64,000 nucleotides of DNA from assembly GCF_032444005.1 (NCBI RefSeq), contig NC_091287.1, forward strand, positions 134,416,001-134,480,000, written 5' to 3'. A program made the translations under genes and the position numbers. Positions within the stretch are counted from its first letter, which is position 1, and the number at the start of each line of letters is the position of its first letter. The stretch is from Ranitomeya imitator. Lineage: Eukaryota. This document shows positions 35,755-49,393 of this stretch, piece by piece. A model generated the notes under the pieces. It ran no database searches. It saw only the letters and a list, made by a program, of their open reading frames with translations, and was not told the DNA's origin.

Positions 35755-36548
35755 TTTGAGTGAGTTTTTTACATGCATTTTATTGCACTTCTGACTCTGT
35801 GGTTTGTTCTCATGGTGCTTTGCGTTTGATACCTCCTGGTAGTTGGCTGACAGAACTCTTAATCCAGTCATGTGCAGATTACATGTGTTTTTAGTGCGGT
35901 TAAGCAGTGGAAATGTACTACAAATGCATGTGCGGTTTGTACCTGCAGATTTTCCACATTTAATATAATTTTATAGGGAAAATCCGCACATAAAACTCCG
36001 CGAACCCACAAGAGAAATTGACATATTGCAGATTTCTAACACAAATAAGCCTATTTGTTATATTTATATCCATTTTTGTAATGCTTTTTTTTAGATGAGG
36101 TAAACTGTAGCAAATAATTGACATAATAAAGCAGCAGTGATTATAAATGCGCCATTGACTGCAGCCAGGAAGACTTCATTGTGCGCGGTGGTTTCAAGCT
36201 GTGACCCAGGATCAGACAGCAAGTGTCATTGTATGAACCGCGGACAATACTGGGCAGACAACAATGGCGGGCCTAACTGGCTAGTGGTGCAATGGTGCCG
36301 GCATCCTGCTCATCCCCGGAGAGGCGCTCCATGTGAGGAACAGAAAACCACATCCTGATACTATACATAGGCCACACGTGTGCCATCATCAAGGCTTTCA
36401 TAGAAAACAAAACTGTCCCTGCCCACGGAGCACTGCCAAAATAATACTAGCAATTAGCTGCAAACAGCACCCAGCCCCAGAGCAAAGCGCAATCTCATGG
36501 TACCAGCCAGGCCTGGACAGACCTAAGCCCGACACATTGTAAGGCTAA

Positions 36549-37259
36549 AGGTAGCGTCACACTAAACGATATCGCTAGCGATCCATGACGTTGCAGCGTC
36601 CTGGCTAGCGATATCGTTCAGTTTGACACGCAGCAGCGATCAGGATCCTGCTGTGATGTCGTTGGTCGGAGCAGAAAGTCCAGAACTTTGTTTCGTCGCT
36701 GGACTTCCTGCTGACATCGCTGAATCGGCGTGTGTGACACCGATTCAGCGATGTCTTCACTGGTAACCAGGGTAAACATCGGGTTACTAAGCGCAGGGCC
36801 GCGCTTAGTAACCCGATGTTTACCCTGGTTACCAGTGTAAAAGTAAAAAAAAAACAAACAAAAAACACTATATACGTACCTTCCGCTGTCTGTCCCTCGG
36901 CACTCTGCTTCTCTGCCCTGTGTAAGCACAGCGGCCGGAAAGCAGAGCGGTGACGTCACCGCTGTGCTTTCTGGCCGCTGTGCTTACACAGGGCAGAGAA
37001 GCAGAGCGCCGAGGGACAGACAGCGGAAGGTAAGTATGTAGTGTTTTTTTTTTTTTACTTTTGGGATGGTAACCAGGGTAAACATCGGGTTACTAAGCGC
37101 GGCCCTGTGCTTAGTAACCCGATGTTTACCCTGGTTACCGGCATCGTTGGTCGCTGGAGAGCTGTCTGTGTGACAGCTCTCCAGCGACCAAACAGCGACG
37201 CTGCAGCGATCCGGATCGTTGTCGGTATCGCTGCAGCGTCGTTCAGTGTGATGGTACCT
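36549..37259. mobile_element. Harbinger-type MITE, AGGTAC family
   Basis: AGGTAGCGTCACACT...AGTGTGATGGTACCT; TAA TSD; colinear with 5491-6205. Confidence 0.9.
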
Positions 37260-37957
37260 TAAGTACACAAGAGACAAACATATTTAAAGGGGTTGTCCGG
37301 TGTTTTGATGACAGTCAGAGGTCACTCTGTGTGACTGCAAACTTCTGAATCATTAGCGTGTGCACTGCACGCTGTCAAATCTCAGTTATTGCCTGTGATC
37401 ATAAACCGTGCGATTTATATACATTGGTAACCTGGCGACTAGATGTGCTCAGCCTCACTCAAAGCAAGAGAAATAAGCGAGGCCAGGCACGTCTAGTTGG
37501 AATGTGGCTGGAAGCATGCAACTTGTGGTCATGTGACCGCCTGCGCGCGCTGGAAACACCGGAGTGTTGTGCACACGCTGTAAGGATTCACATTCTGCAG
37601 ATATATAGTGATGGCATACTTTCATCAACACCCTGGATAACCCCTTTTGAAGATGTCATGGGTGATTACTTAACCCGCCTGTTTTGCTATAGCTCATAAT
37701 CGAGAAAAAAAAATAAAAATGAATAACTACCCTCACACATGGCATTTATTTTATAGGCCTCACTGACATGTGAACCATTGTACACAAAAAGCTGGCTGAT
37801 ATTTAGGAGTGTTTTTGGTCAGAGGGTCATCAGCGTTTGGTGAAGGTGTTGGCAGTCAGCAGCTTTTCTGGTGGAGGCTTCTCCTATCAAACAGTGAAAA
37901 CGGGCATCACACGAATGGCATCCACATGCTGGGAGGTTTTTCATATATTTGCATTTA

Positions 37958-38145
37958 AAACATCTGCAAGGAGTTTGTATGTTCTCCCCGTGTTTGCGTG
38001 GGTTTCCTCTAGATTCTTCTGTTTCCTCCCACTCTCCAAACACATAATGGTAAGGAATTTAGATTGTGAGCCCCAATGGGGACAGAGATGATGTCTGGAA
38101 AGCGCTTTGGAATTAATGGTCAATTATTAAGAAAAATAAATAAAA
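37958..38145 (+). mobile_element. 5'-truncated V-SINE
   Basis: AACATCTGCAAGGAGTTTGTATGTTCTCCCCGTGTTTGCGTGGGTTTCC... matches 45021-45210. Confidence 0.8.
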
Positions 38146-38202
38146 TATCCGAATTTGAGCCAAGTCATGGATCAAACTAATCTGTTTTTTTCCCCAGATT
38201 CA

Positions 38203-38566
38203 GGGTATGTGCACACGTCAGGATTATTTCCTGACAAAATCCTGAGAATTCTGCCAGAAATCCGCGTCCTTTTTTCGCGCGGATTTCTTGCCGAATTTGC
38301 GCGGATTTTGCACGGATTTTTTGCGGATTTTTTTTTTTTTCCGGAATGTCCTTTTTGATAGGAAATCTGCAAAAAATCCGCAAAAAGATAGAGCATGTCA
38401 GTTTTTTTTGCGGAATGCGTTTTTTTTGCGGAAAAAAACCGCTAACATATGCACAAAAAATGCGGAATGCATTCTAAAAGATAGGATGCATAATGTTAGC
38501 ATTTTTTTACCGGATTTATAGCGTTTTTATAGCGAAATTCCGCAAAAAAAACGCTAAAAATCCTCA
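38203..38566. mobile_element. Harbinger-type MITE, right end truncated
   Basis: GGGTATGTGCACACGTCAGG start; GCGGA/TCCGC motif array. Confidence 0.7.
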
Positions 38567-39819
38567 TGGTGAAGATGCTGGAACCACGTACCTTGCTGAA
38601 CTCCTAAATCAGCCCTAATCTGTGCCCTCCCCAATTAATAATATACCGGGTAGAAAATGTGAGATGATAACAAGTGCATGGAACCCAATGGAGAATAAAC
38701 CCTGTAATGGGGAAATAAGCACTAAAGTATGTTATGAAAAAAAAAAACAGTTGACCATAAGATAACGGGTATAATAAGGACCTGCAAATTGGGACAGAGG
38801 AGGGAGGGAGAAAGCCTCATGTGTATCGCCACTACACCTTATTTCCCAGACACTGCAGTACCTGGCGGTTCTCTCTTCTGCTAATGGTTGTTTTATCTCT
38901 GGATATTACGGTACATACATGATTTTTTCTTTGTAAAGGCAATGAAGTGAGATTCGCAGAATGTGGCTGAAGTCCATAGGATAGTAGTTGAACCGCACTT
39001 AACCCATATTTACATCAATGGGGAGACTCCCATGGACGTTGCTGTGCCTAGCAACTACAGTGAAAGGGGCAGAGGCACTGATGCCGGCCATGCACTCAGC
39101 TGATTCCTAGAGGGACTAGGGGCGCTATTCCACCAAACACTTGAGATTTATCCCAACAATGTAATATTGCAGACACCTTGGGCATCTTACTTTAGTCATT
39201 TTTCTTAAACAATATAAACAAATGATTTTTCTTAAACAAAAAAAACACATTGTTCCATTACTAATATTCACAAAAATGTAAAAAAAAAAAACACTTGTCC
39301 TTATCCTACAGAATAAGCAGGATTTTATGGGTTAACAAGACACTATTAATCACAGGAAAGCTGTTTCAGGATTTCCATACAGTCATGCTGGGACATGATG
39401 CACACACGGCCCGGCCCAAGGATTTATCCCATCTTCCACATGCAGATACAGGGTGTGACATTTTTCTTTACACATAGGGTAGAGAACAGCCGGAGATCCC
39501 ACCGATGATCTCACCACAAAGACATGAGCCATCTCTCATTTCTGGCTGATGGCAGGAGGTCGCTAGGAGCGGCGCCCACAGTCAGCGCTGATCCTAGACC
39601 GCAATCACAGTGCCAGCTGCCGGGAATGTTACAGGATGGACAATGTAAAGAGCTTGAAAATGGCCCAACTATTGGGTCAGGTCAAAACTTCACAGAAGCG
39701 CAGAAAAAAAATCAGCAGTTTCATCCAGAAAACTCAGACGATTTGTTTCTCACTAGTCACCCGTGTGCAGGCCGTATACAATCTGTTTCTTACAGGACCA
39801 CTTACAGCTTCCGATGTTA

Positions 39820-40240
39820 GGCTACTTTCACACTAGCGTCGGTATGGGGCCGTCGCCATGCGTCAGCCCGACGTACCGACGCAAACTGCGAACAAAAAGA
39901 ACAACAGGGGCAGCGGATGCAGTTTTACAACGCATCCGCTTCTCCATTGTAAGGTCCGGGGAGGAGGGGGCGGAGTTCCGGCAGCGCATGCACAGTCGGA
40001 AATGGCGGACTCGACGCAAAAAAAAGTTACATGTAACGTTTTTTTGGGCCAACGGTGCGCCAAAACCCGACGCATTCGTCGCACGACGGATGCAACATGT
40101 GGCCATACGTCGCAATGCGTCACTAATGCAAGTCTATGGAGAAAAAAAAACGCATCCTGCGGGCACATTTGTAGGATGCGTTTTTTCTCCAAAACGACGC
40201 ATTGCAACGTACAGCAAATAACGCTAGTGTGAAAGTAGCC
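39820..40240. mobile_element. Harbinger MITE sharing the TIR of the full-length element
   Basis: GGCTACTTTCACACTAGCGT...ACGCTAGTGTGAAAGTAGCC; TTA TSD at 39817-39819 and 40241-40243. Confidence 0.93.
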
Positions 40241-41589
40241 TTACAGAACTGCAATGTATCCATAATAATCGGATGCTTTACTGTGGCCCCTACGGCATCA
40301 CAATTTTTTCTCGCACCCATAGACGAATGGGCGAGTCTCATCCGATTTATACTGCCCCATTGAATTATATTGGTCCAAGTACTATCCGTTTTGTTTTTTT
40401 TAATCACGGACAGCACTGAAAATATGGTCGTGTGAACAAGCCCGAATAGTGGATCACTGAAAATAGTCCTGTTATCATTGGTTCTGACGTGTTTGGGTTT
40501 ACACCGGCGTTAAACATGCGCCAATTGGCAACCTACTCAATAGCCTGTTTAGGCCGCACCTCCGAGAGGAGCACAGAACCGTCAGCGACAGATTATTATT
40601 ACCTGACAAACATGCAGTGTAAACAGGCTGCCGTCACCTGACAAACAAGCTGTGGGTTTGCTTACAAAAAAAAATAAAAATACTCGTTCTCGGCAGCATA
40701 TGTGTACACAGTGCTGCCAAGAACAATGGCGACCTACGTGACCAGAATGATCTACAAATGATAGCTCTGTGCACTTATTACACAGGTTATTTAACGACCG
40801 GCTACAAGCAAGTGTCTGATCAGTGCAGCGAGTCGGGTGGTGTAGACCCACCAAAAATGATGAAGAAAGTCTGCAGCCCCTCACTGTTACATATCCCCAA
40901 ACACCATTACTGGGCATGTACTATTATTTACAGGCGACGAGTACTAGACTGGCTCCATGACAGCTCTGCTTTAGGGCTTCGTCCACATAAGGACAAACCT
41001 TGTGCAGAAAAAATAAGCTATTCTGTTGTGAATCTGTGACAATTCCATGCCAAAATCTCCATGGGGTACATAAGGATCTGTTGCAGATTTTGCTGTGAAT
41101 CTCAGTCAGTGCATTCAAGCTCACATTTTTCTGATGCACTGGCTATTTGGTAGAGATGAGGAAATCAATTTGTAGGACAGAGTCCGGCATTTAGATCATT
41201 ATTCTGTAGCCACCAGCAGGGAGCCCTCCTCTTACCAGTAGCCATCAGCGATGCCTCTTCTGATTAGCTGGCCTGGAGCGATGTCATACATGCGTCATGC
41301 CTCAACGATGACGTATTGCCGGGCCCAGGTATCAGAAGGGGCGCCTGGGATGCCGGCACGTAGGAGGCAGTTTGCAGGGTTCTCGCCCGGTGGCTCAGGA
41401 GTTCTGATGTGGCCCCGGGACCTGAGAATAGATTTGCTCACCTCTACTAATTGGCTTTTATGGTTTGTCCATATAAGATGTCACTACATAAATAAGTCAT
41501 CCTAGCAACAACAATTTGGTGGTATTACTACCTCTGGGAACAACACTGATATTGAGATTGGAGGGGCCACAGTGAGAATGAAGGTGTCA

Positions 41590-42840
41590 TAATGTGAATA
41601 TGCCATGTTTGAGTATCTGCCTAGCTTTACAAGACACATGTTGGGGCTATTCCGACCCCCCCCCCCCTCTTTTCTTTCCCTGGCTTGCCTGTAACAATAC
41701 CATCTCTCCTCACTCCTTCCTTTCCCCCTTCCACAGGAATGTTAATTTGCCAAGAGAAAGGGATGTCTTTTGCCTAAAAACCCATGTGCTTGCTGTATGT
41801 GGGGGAGACATTAGAGAAGCCATAATGCGACGCCAGTGTATGATAGAAAAATGACAGATACATATTTTGAATGTGCTTTGATAGAGCTTCGTTACAGCGC
41901 CTTTTGCTAAATTCTAGCACCAAAACAACCCAAGAAATGGATTTCTAATGAAGCTAGTCTGAGTTTGGAATCATTAGAAAGCTAATTTCAATATAAGATG
42001 AGTGATGTGTGTGCCGTTCCTCTGCTAGGTTCTTCAGGCAAGTTATGATAATTATAAGCTTTGCTAGCAAATCTGTAACTCTGGGAAAAGGGGAGGGTGG
42101 TGGTAACAACCCCCTTTAGTGATGTCACAAGCCCAGAGGTATAAGTTACTGCACTCAGCCCAGCCTTCATTCTTGCCTGGGAAGCTGCTGCAACAAGACC
42201 CTGAATGCATTGTGACGTCTGGCTCCTCCCACCAGCATGGTTAGCCTGGAATGATCCAAGCAATATGTGAGTGTTCATTTCTGTTTTAATCTTTTTTATT
42301 TGTAATCGCTTTGTTCATACTTTGATCTCATAGTGTAAAATATTTTTATACCTTTTGTAAACACTGCCTAACTTTTTGGAGTAAAATATAAAATTTATTA
42401 GTCTCGTCTTCTCCATGCTCTATAGCGAATTTACACGTGCCTGAAGTTAATTATGCTACTAATTTGGGTTGGCTCCGGACCCATTAATCCTTGTGAAAAT
42501 TGGAGCTGTTGGCAGTGACTTTGTCCTGTGCGAATGGACTTCTTTCAGCGACTTTAATAATTATTATTCCAGCCTGTATGGGAGTAGTCATATTGCCCTC
42601 GCTGTAGCATGCCCAATAGCCAGTACATACCAGGCAGCCTTTCTGGTGACTAATTACCCTAGGTGCAGTACCTAACCGGACCGTAAAGGGGGGGCGCCAG
42701 AGAGCTGCAAGTTCCAAAGCAGAACTGGAAAGCGGGATATACATAAATCCCTGCAGTTCGTGACATATTGTAGCAGCAGTGGGATATCTAAAATAAGCCC
42801 CCCTGCACATGTGATAGTCGTGGGCCGGCCAAAGGTCACC
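41590..42840. mobile_element. Possible old LTR/ERV-like remnant
   Basis: Composition and TG-starting boundary only; ends and TSD not resolved. Confidence 0.3.
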
Positions 42841-43611
42841 CCCCTTTTCCTGATAGGAGGGGCCACAGCTGTAGCTTAGCACTGGCCCCTTTAGTTATTT
42901 CCTGCACAACAGGTGGCCGAGAGCGCACTGGGAACCGCAACAATGCAATATGCACTAGCGCTACACCATTACATATTATGGCCTGAAAGTCCCATCAGAG
43001 AAACAAACATTATGCAATGCTAAAAAAATTGTAAAACAGAACCTAAGAAATACAGAGAAATATCCGTCACCTAGACTTGGCACAGTAGCATATAAAGGAG
43101 ATAAAGTAGCGCAAGTGAATTACCAGGCAAATCTTCTTTACACCAGTAAGCCTCTTAATTAGAGGAGAATAAGCCTCCGACTTCTGAGCAAATCTCAACC
43201 AAGGAATCAAACAATAAAGTAACTGACCGCAGGATGCTGGAGCCTTGTACCTATGAATATCTGTTTCTTGCCAGAAACCTTCAATGAATGTACGAGTATA
43301 TGAATAGTACTTTAATAACTGCACATTAGACAGTGCTGTGCATTAAACCGGCATCATGATTTATTATAAAGAAAGCACTTCCAACAATATGAAATATTAA
43401 AGGGAATAATACCTTGTCAATTCCCTGCTACTCCAGTGCTGATGCTTATTTTGTCCTCCACTGGTATTCAATCTACAGTACCAGCTGAAGTGATGATGTG
43501 TCAACCCAGAGTGACCGCTGCAACCAATTATTGGCTGTAGATTTGTTGTGCCAGCATGTCATGTTTCAGGCAGTGCTGTGGAGTTGGTAAGCCAAACCTC
43601 CGACTCCAACC

Positions 43612-44858
43612 CCACAGCGCTGATCACTACTGATCATGTACATAAAGTGCAGCACAGATTCATCTCCACAGCACTGATCACTACTGATCATGTGCATAAA
43701 GTGCAGCACAGATTCATCTCCACAGCACTGGTCACTACTGAGCATGTGCATAAAGTGCAGCACAGATTCATCTCCACAGCACTGGTCACTACTGAGCATG
43801 TGTATAAAGTGCAGCACAGATTCATCTCCACAGCACTGCCTCACTACTGAGCATGTACATAAAGTGCAGCTCAGATTCATCTCCACAGCACTGGTCACTA
43901 CTGAGCATGTACATAATGTACAGCGCAGATTCATCTCCACAGCACTGGTCACTACTGAGCATGTACATAAAGTGCAGCTCAGATTCATCTCCACAGCACT
44001 GGTCACTACTGAGCATGTACATAAAGTGCAGCTCAGATTCATCTCCACAGCACTGGTCACTACTGAGCATGTACATAAAGTGCAGCACAGATTCATCTCC
44101 ACAGCACTGGTCACTACTGAGCATGTGCATAAAGTGCAGCACAGATTCATCTCCACAGCACTGGTCACTACTGAGCATGTGTATAAAGTGCAGCACAGAT
44201 TCATCTCCACAGCACTGCCTCACTACTGAGCATGTACATAAAGTGCAGCTCAGATTCATCTCCACAGCACTGGTCACTACTGAGCATGTACATAAAGTGC
44301 AGCTCAGATTCATCTCCACAGCACTGGTCACTACTGAGCTTGTACATAAAGTGCAGAACAGATTCATCACCACAGCACTGCCTCACTACTGAGCATGTAT
44401 GTGAAGTGCAGCACAGATTCATCTCCACAGCACTGGTCACTACTGAGCATGTACATAAAGTGCAGCACAGATTCATCTCCACAGCACTGGTCACTACTGA
44501 GCATGTACATAAAGTACAGCACAGAGTCATCTCCACAGCACTGGTCACTACTGAGCATGTACATAAAGTGCAGCACAGATTCATCTCCACAGTACTGGTC
44601 ATTACTGAGCACGTACATAAAGTGCAGCACAGAGTCATCTCCACAGCACTGGTCACTACTGAGCATGTACATAAAGTACAGCACAGAGTCATCTCCACAG
44701 CACTGGTCACTACTGAGCATGTACATAAAGTACAGCACAGATTCATCTCCACAGCACTGGTCACTACTGAGCATGTACATAAAGTACAGCACAGAGTCAT
44801 CTCCACAGCACTGGTCACTACTGAGCATGTACATAAAGCGCAGCACAGATTCATCTCA
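43612..44858. repeat. 54/55-bp minisatellite, about 23 copies
   Basis: Unit CAGCACTGGTCACTACTGAGCATGTACATAAAGTGCAGCACAGATTCATCTCCA; 55-bp variants (GCCTCAC) shift the repeat ORFs. Confidence 0.96.
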
Positions 44859-44944
44859 ACTAAAAGCCGAGATCCTTAGATCAGGAACAGAACAGACATT
44901 TATAGGACATTTCATAACTTTCCAAAATAATGAAAACATTTATA

Positions 44945-45061
44945 GGGCAGCACGGTGGCGCAGTGGTTAGCACTGCAGCCTTGCAGCGCTGGAGTCCTGG
45001 GTTCAAACCCCACCAAGGACAACATCTGCAAAGAGTTTGTATGTTCTCTCCGTGTTTGCGT

Positions 45062-45092
<31 letters not shown>

Positions 45093-45215
45093 ACATTCCA
45101 AAGATATACTGATAGGGAATTTAGATTGTGAGCCCGAACGGGGACAGTGGTGATAATGTGTGCAAACCTGTAAAGCGCTGCGGAATATGTTAGCGCTATA
45201 TAAAAATAAAAAAAG
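44945..45215 (+). mobile_element. Full-length tRNA-derived V-SINE
   Basis: A box TGGCGCAGTGG 44956-44966, B box GGTTCAAACC 45000-45009, V-domain, tail GTAAAGCGCTGCGGAATATGTTAGCGCTATATAAAAATAAA. Confidence 0.88.
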
Positions 45216-45394
45216 AAGAAAGATAGTGCATCCTGCACTGTACTACTGTACTGTATTAATGATATATTTTAGGAGTTGGATTTGATCTATTTTTTATCGA
45301 CTCCACCAAAATGAACACCGACTCAGATTCCACAGCCCTGGTTTGAAGTGACATCTTGCCATCTCTGGAATCAGAAGATGGTTTGAGTATGCTC

Positions 45395-45940
45395 AGCATC
45401 CCCTTGAAAATGCGGTTTGGAAACGCGAATCGGGGTTCCGTGTTTTTGTCTTCTGGTAAGCTCTGCTCCTGTACATATACCTGACACTTTACTTAGAATT
45501 TTATTTTTGGTGTTTACCCCTAACTTTGGGACAATTCTTGCCAGGATACACTTTAGGTCCCCAGTGTTATATTACTTCAAACACATGGGTGGTGTATCTA
45601 TATGTTACATGCTCTGCATGAGACCCTGCTTTATCTGCCTGTCTTGTTTTATGTCATTTTACCTAACAGATTTTTTCATGATGATACCTTAATAAAATGT
45701 ATACTTTTTATTATAATGATTTGATACTCCGTTTCTTCTATCTATGTTATAGTCTTTTGGAATTTAAAAATATTTTTCTAACGGTGGTTCACTATCAGTA
45801 ATACCACCTTGGCATCTAGAATGCAACTGGGATTTTTTCTGTTTATGCTTGAGGCAGGGTATCGGTAAAGTAATCTTTAATTTTACACCACTGAATATAT
45901 TGTTTCAAATTATTATTTGGGGATTGTTAACCCCTTTTTA
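45395..45940 (+). mobile_element. Penelope-like remnant with decayed hammerhead
   Basis: CCCC-TTGAAAA-TGCGGTTTG-GAAA-CGCG-AATC-GGGG at about 45400-45435, followed by an AT-rich pLTR-like tail. Confidence 0.35.
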
Positions 45941-46008
45941 TCTCCTTTTTTTTTTTAAGAGGTTGTCCACTGCCCTAACTGGTGTTGGTTTTGGCATAAA
46001 TGCTTAAA

Positions 46009-46360
46009 AGGGGTATTCCCATCTCCAAGATCCAATCCCAATAACTAGTAGATGCAATATAATATTAGCAAATGCCTCCAATGTAGTATGGTTCTTCTGA
46101 TTCGCTATGTCACTTTCCTCATGTGCAGGCATTGCAGAACTTTAGATATCCATGGTTATGACCACTGATGAAGTGACAGTTAGTTAGCTAGTTCATAGTG
46201 GTCGACCATAGCCATGGATACCTAAGGTCCTGCAATGCCTGCATATAAGGAAAAAGACATAGCGAATCAGAAGAACCATACTACACTGCTAATTGGAGGT
46301 ATTTGCTAATATTATTATTATTAGAAGAAAAAAATACTTTTTGTTGCTGGATACCTTAGA
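46009..46360. mobile_element. Kolobok/T2-type fold-back MITE
   Basis: Starts TTAA-AAGGGGTATTCCC; arms GTAGTATGGTTCTTCTGATTCGCTATGTC / GACATAGCGAATCAGAAGAACCATACTAC. Confidence 0.7.
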
Positions 46361-46549
46361 AATAGACGACAAAGGATGATGCATTAATGGATCAGTTGGC
46401 TGTTGACTTCTAAGTTAAAATAATAGATCCGGCAGAGACCAGTTAGTGAATAACGGACTATGAATTTGAGTCAACACAAGATTTTTCCTAACGGATTTCT
46501 GCTGGATCCGTTCTATCGAATCATTATTGAATATGAGAACATAGTCATA

Positions 46550-46935
46550 GGGTATGTGAACACATTCAGGAATTGGCCACGCTTTGGACGCAGCATATGT
46601 CCGCTCCGTCCAAACTGCTGCCGGCTATTGAACGCAGGCGATTGCGCATGTGTTCATTGAACTAGGCGGATTCACCACGTCCAATACATTGTACGGGTGA
46701 AGTTCATCTTGCGGAGGCTCGCGTCTGCGCAAGATAAACAAACATGTTGCGGAATGGAAAGACGCGCAGCATGTCCCTCTCCATGGGTGATCCGCGAGCT
46801 ACTCTGGACGTATGGTGGGCATGGGATTTTTGGACATCCCATCCACCTTCTGTAACATCTGGACGCTGCGGTTTGGACGCTGTGCAAGTACACAGCGTGC
46901 AAACCGCAGCATTTACTGACCGTGTGCACGTACCC
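46550..46935. mobile_element. Harbinger-type MITE
   Basis: GGGTATGTGAACAC...GTGTGCACGTACCC; related to 3927-4232 and 56705-57011. Confidence 0.8.
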
Positions 46936-47317
46936 TTAGAGTTTGGTGTTTTCAATCAACAGGATGAGAATCAGGTCTCAGTGGGTGATTTGTAAGAACA
47001 CTCCAACAGCAAGCTAAAAAAAAGCTAGAAGGCAATTGGAACAATGTATTGTGGACAAATGACAACATAACAGAACTTTTTGGGTCAAATGTGAAGCATT
47101 ATGTTTGGAAAAAGAAAAACACTGCATTAAATGATAAAAACCTTATACCATCTGTGAAACAGGGTGGCGGTGAAACCTTATACCATCTGTGAAACAGGGT
47201 GGCAGTGGTTAACATGGTTTGGGCCTGTTTTGCTGCATCTGGGTCAGGGCTTGCCTTCGTTGAAGGAACAGTGTATTCTGAATGGTAGCAGCAAAATCTA
47301 AAGAAACATATCAGGAC

Positions 47318-47631
47318 TAGTGATGAACGAATATACTTGTTACTTGAGATTTCTCGAGCATGCTCGGGGGTCCTCCGAGTATTTTTTTTAGTGCTCGAAG
47401 GTTTAGTTTTCCTCACCGCAGCTGAATGAGTTACATCTGTTAGCCAGCATAAGTACATGTGGGGATTCCCTAGCAACCAGGCAACCCCCACATGTACTTA
47501 TGCTGGCTAACAGATGTAAATCATTCAGCTGCAGCAATAAAAACCAAATCTCCGAGCACTAAAAAAATACTTGGAGGACCCCCGAGCGTGCTCGAGAAAT
47601 CTCGAGTGACGAGTATATTCGCTCATCACTA
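47318..47631. mobile_element. hAT palindromic MITE with perfect 8-bp TSD
   Basis: TAGTGATGAACGAATATAC...GTATATTCGCTCATCACTA; ATCAGGAC at 47310-47317 and 47632-47639. Confidence 0.93.
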
Positions 47632-47764
47632 ATCAGGACATCTGCCCATTAGCTGAATGTCAAGAGGACCTGCGTCATGCAGCAAGACAACGACCCAAAG
47701 CTCACACGTCGTTCTACAAAAGGATGGTTACAAAAGAGTAAAGCCAAAACGTAATGATCCTTGA

Positions 47765-48082
47765 AGGGGTTATCCAGGCTTTGGACACTATGTAATGGCA
47801 GAGTGCCGAATCCTGACAGAGTGCGGTACCCAGATTCCTCGGTATTTCATACTTGGTGCCACGTTCTGACTAGACTTCTTCTCTGACTAGATTTGTCCGG
47901 CTTCACTCAATAGAAGTAAATCTCAATAGAGAGAGGCCTGTGACCATGAACACGTAAATCACAGACATGTGCTCACCCCACCACACACCTGTTCAGGAAC
48001 AGTGGGAATCATACCCGTGTGCATGGCACGTTGTCATGATTTGCCAGTCTGCAGTCCTATGACCCAAGCTTGGACAATTCCT
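47765..48082. mobile_element. Kolobok/T2-type MITE
   Basis: TTGA-AGGGGTTATCC...GGACAATTCCT-TTAA; removal restores the Tc1 DLNP codons. Confidence 0.75.
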
Positions 48083-48170
48083 TTAACCCTATAGAAATGT
48101 GGTGGAAGAACTTGAAGCGAGAAAAGCGAGCAGTTCCTGGGAGAAAACCCTATAAACATTACAGAGTTAA

Positions 48171-48487
48171 AGGGACACTGTCACCTGAATTTGGAGGGAA
48201 CAATCTTCAGCCATGGAGGCGGGCTTTTTGGGTGTTTGATTCACCCTTTCCTTACCCGCTGGCTGCATGCTGGCTGCAATATTGGATTGAAGTTCATTCT
48301 CTGTCCTTCATAGTACATGCCTGGGCAAGGCAAGATTGCCTTGTGCAGGCATGTACTACGGAGGACAGAGAATGAACTTCAATCCAATATTGCAGCCAGC
48401 GGGTAAGGAAAGAGTGAATCAAACACCCAAAAACCCCGCCTCCATGGCTGAAGATTGTTCCCTCCAAATTCAGGTGACAGTGTCCCT
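48171..48487. mobile_element. Kolobok/T2-type fold-back MITE
   Basis: TTAA-AGGGACACTGTCACCTGAATTTGG...CCAAATTCAGGTGACAGTGTCCCT-TTAA. Confidence 0.92.
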
Positions 48488-49393
48488 TTAAAGCTGTTTT
48501 ATAGGGAGGAATGGGCTAAAATTCCTCAAAACTGAGGTGCAGGACAATCGCCGATCATCAACTGCTGCACAAGGGGGTTACACAGATACAGAAAGCAATG
48601 GTTGGTAGACTCGTGATATTGGATCATTTTCCTCAATAAAAAAAAAAAAAAATATGACAGTCTAATTTTTTTTACTCTTTTTCAATGTGGTTATTTTCTT
48701 CAATCTACTTTTAAGGCTTGTCTGATATACGGCAGGTCAAATGAAGCAGCATGGAAAGTTCTGAGAGGTTCACAAACTTTCAAGCACCATAGTAGGACAG
48801 TTTTGATGACGGATGCCCGATAATCATTATCCTGCACCAACAACACAAGGGAAACTGGTGTGTAACTTTGGTGACCGTCCAGTGCTATAACACAGGCCTA
48901 CACTGCACATGTGCTAATGGTAATCATGATCATTAGTCAGCTCATGTTGGCTCATACACACTGCCGGTTAGGAAGGGAGTTACAATGCTTGAAATTTAAG
49001 GACCACTCCTCTGAATAGAAAGAAATGAGTCATTCACACCGAAGGCCTGAAATCAGCCAGACGGGAACTGACAATTCTACCATACATCAGAACCCCCATA
49101 CATTGGATCACAGAACAAGGACAAAGCACAGTGACAAGAATAGGTCTGTAGTGTTCACGTTACTATTTCACACTATTGATACTTGACACGAAGCTTGGAA
49201 GGAAAAGTCCCTTCTCTGCTTCACAACATCACAGTAAGATCCTGGGAATCACGCCTCACTTGTATCACCTCTACTATTAGTCCCAATACAGTTGGGACAT
49301 AGTTCTGGTCTCTGAAAATTGCAATTGAATATTTACATTTGTTATAGATCGTACAGTTCTGAAAACAATGGGAAAGAAACCGCAGATGGGTGG

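Larger units (their letters stand above)
43571..45340. mobile_element. hAT non-autonomous element hosting a minisatellite and a SINE
   Basis: CAGTGCTGTGGAGTTGG...GATTCCACAGCCCTG; flanks GTTTCAGG/GTTTGAAG (5/8). Confidence 0.6.
46960..48790 (+). mobile_element. Tc1/mariner remnant with three nested MITEs
   Basis: Degenerate TVKHGGG..MVWACF (about 47150-47240, with a 35-bp tandem duplication) and DLNPIEMWW..LKR split by the insert at 47765-48082. Confidence 0.8.

Noticed and set aside
42010-42045. Minus-strand CTGAAGA hammerhead-like start
   Set aside because: No GAAA and no convincing stem I or III.
43548-44970. Regular 54-bp array resembling a CRISPR array, with long ORFs
   Set aside because: Units are head-to-tail with no unique spacers, no cas genes, and a eukaryotic context.
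44945-45015. tRNA gene
   Set aside because: A and B boxes are present but continue into a V-domain and LINE-like tail; it is a SINE head.
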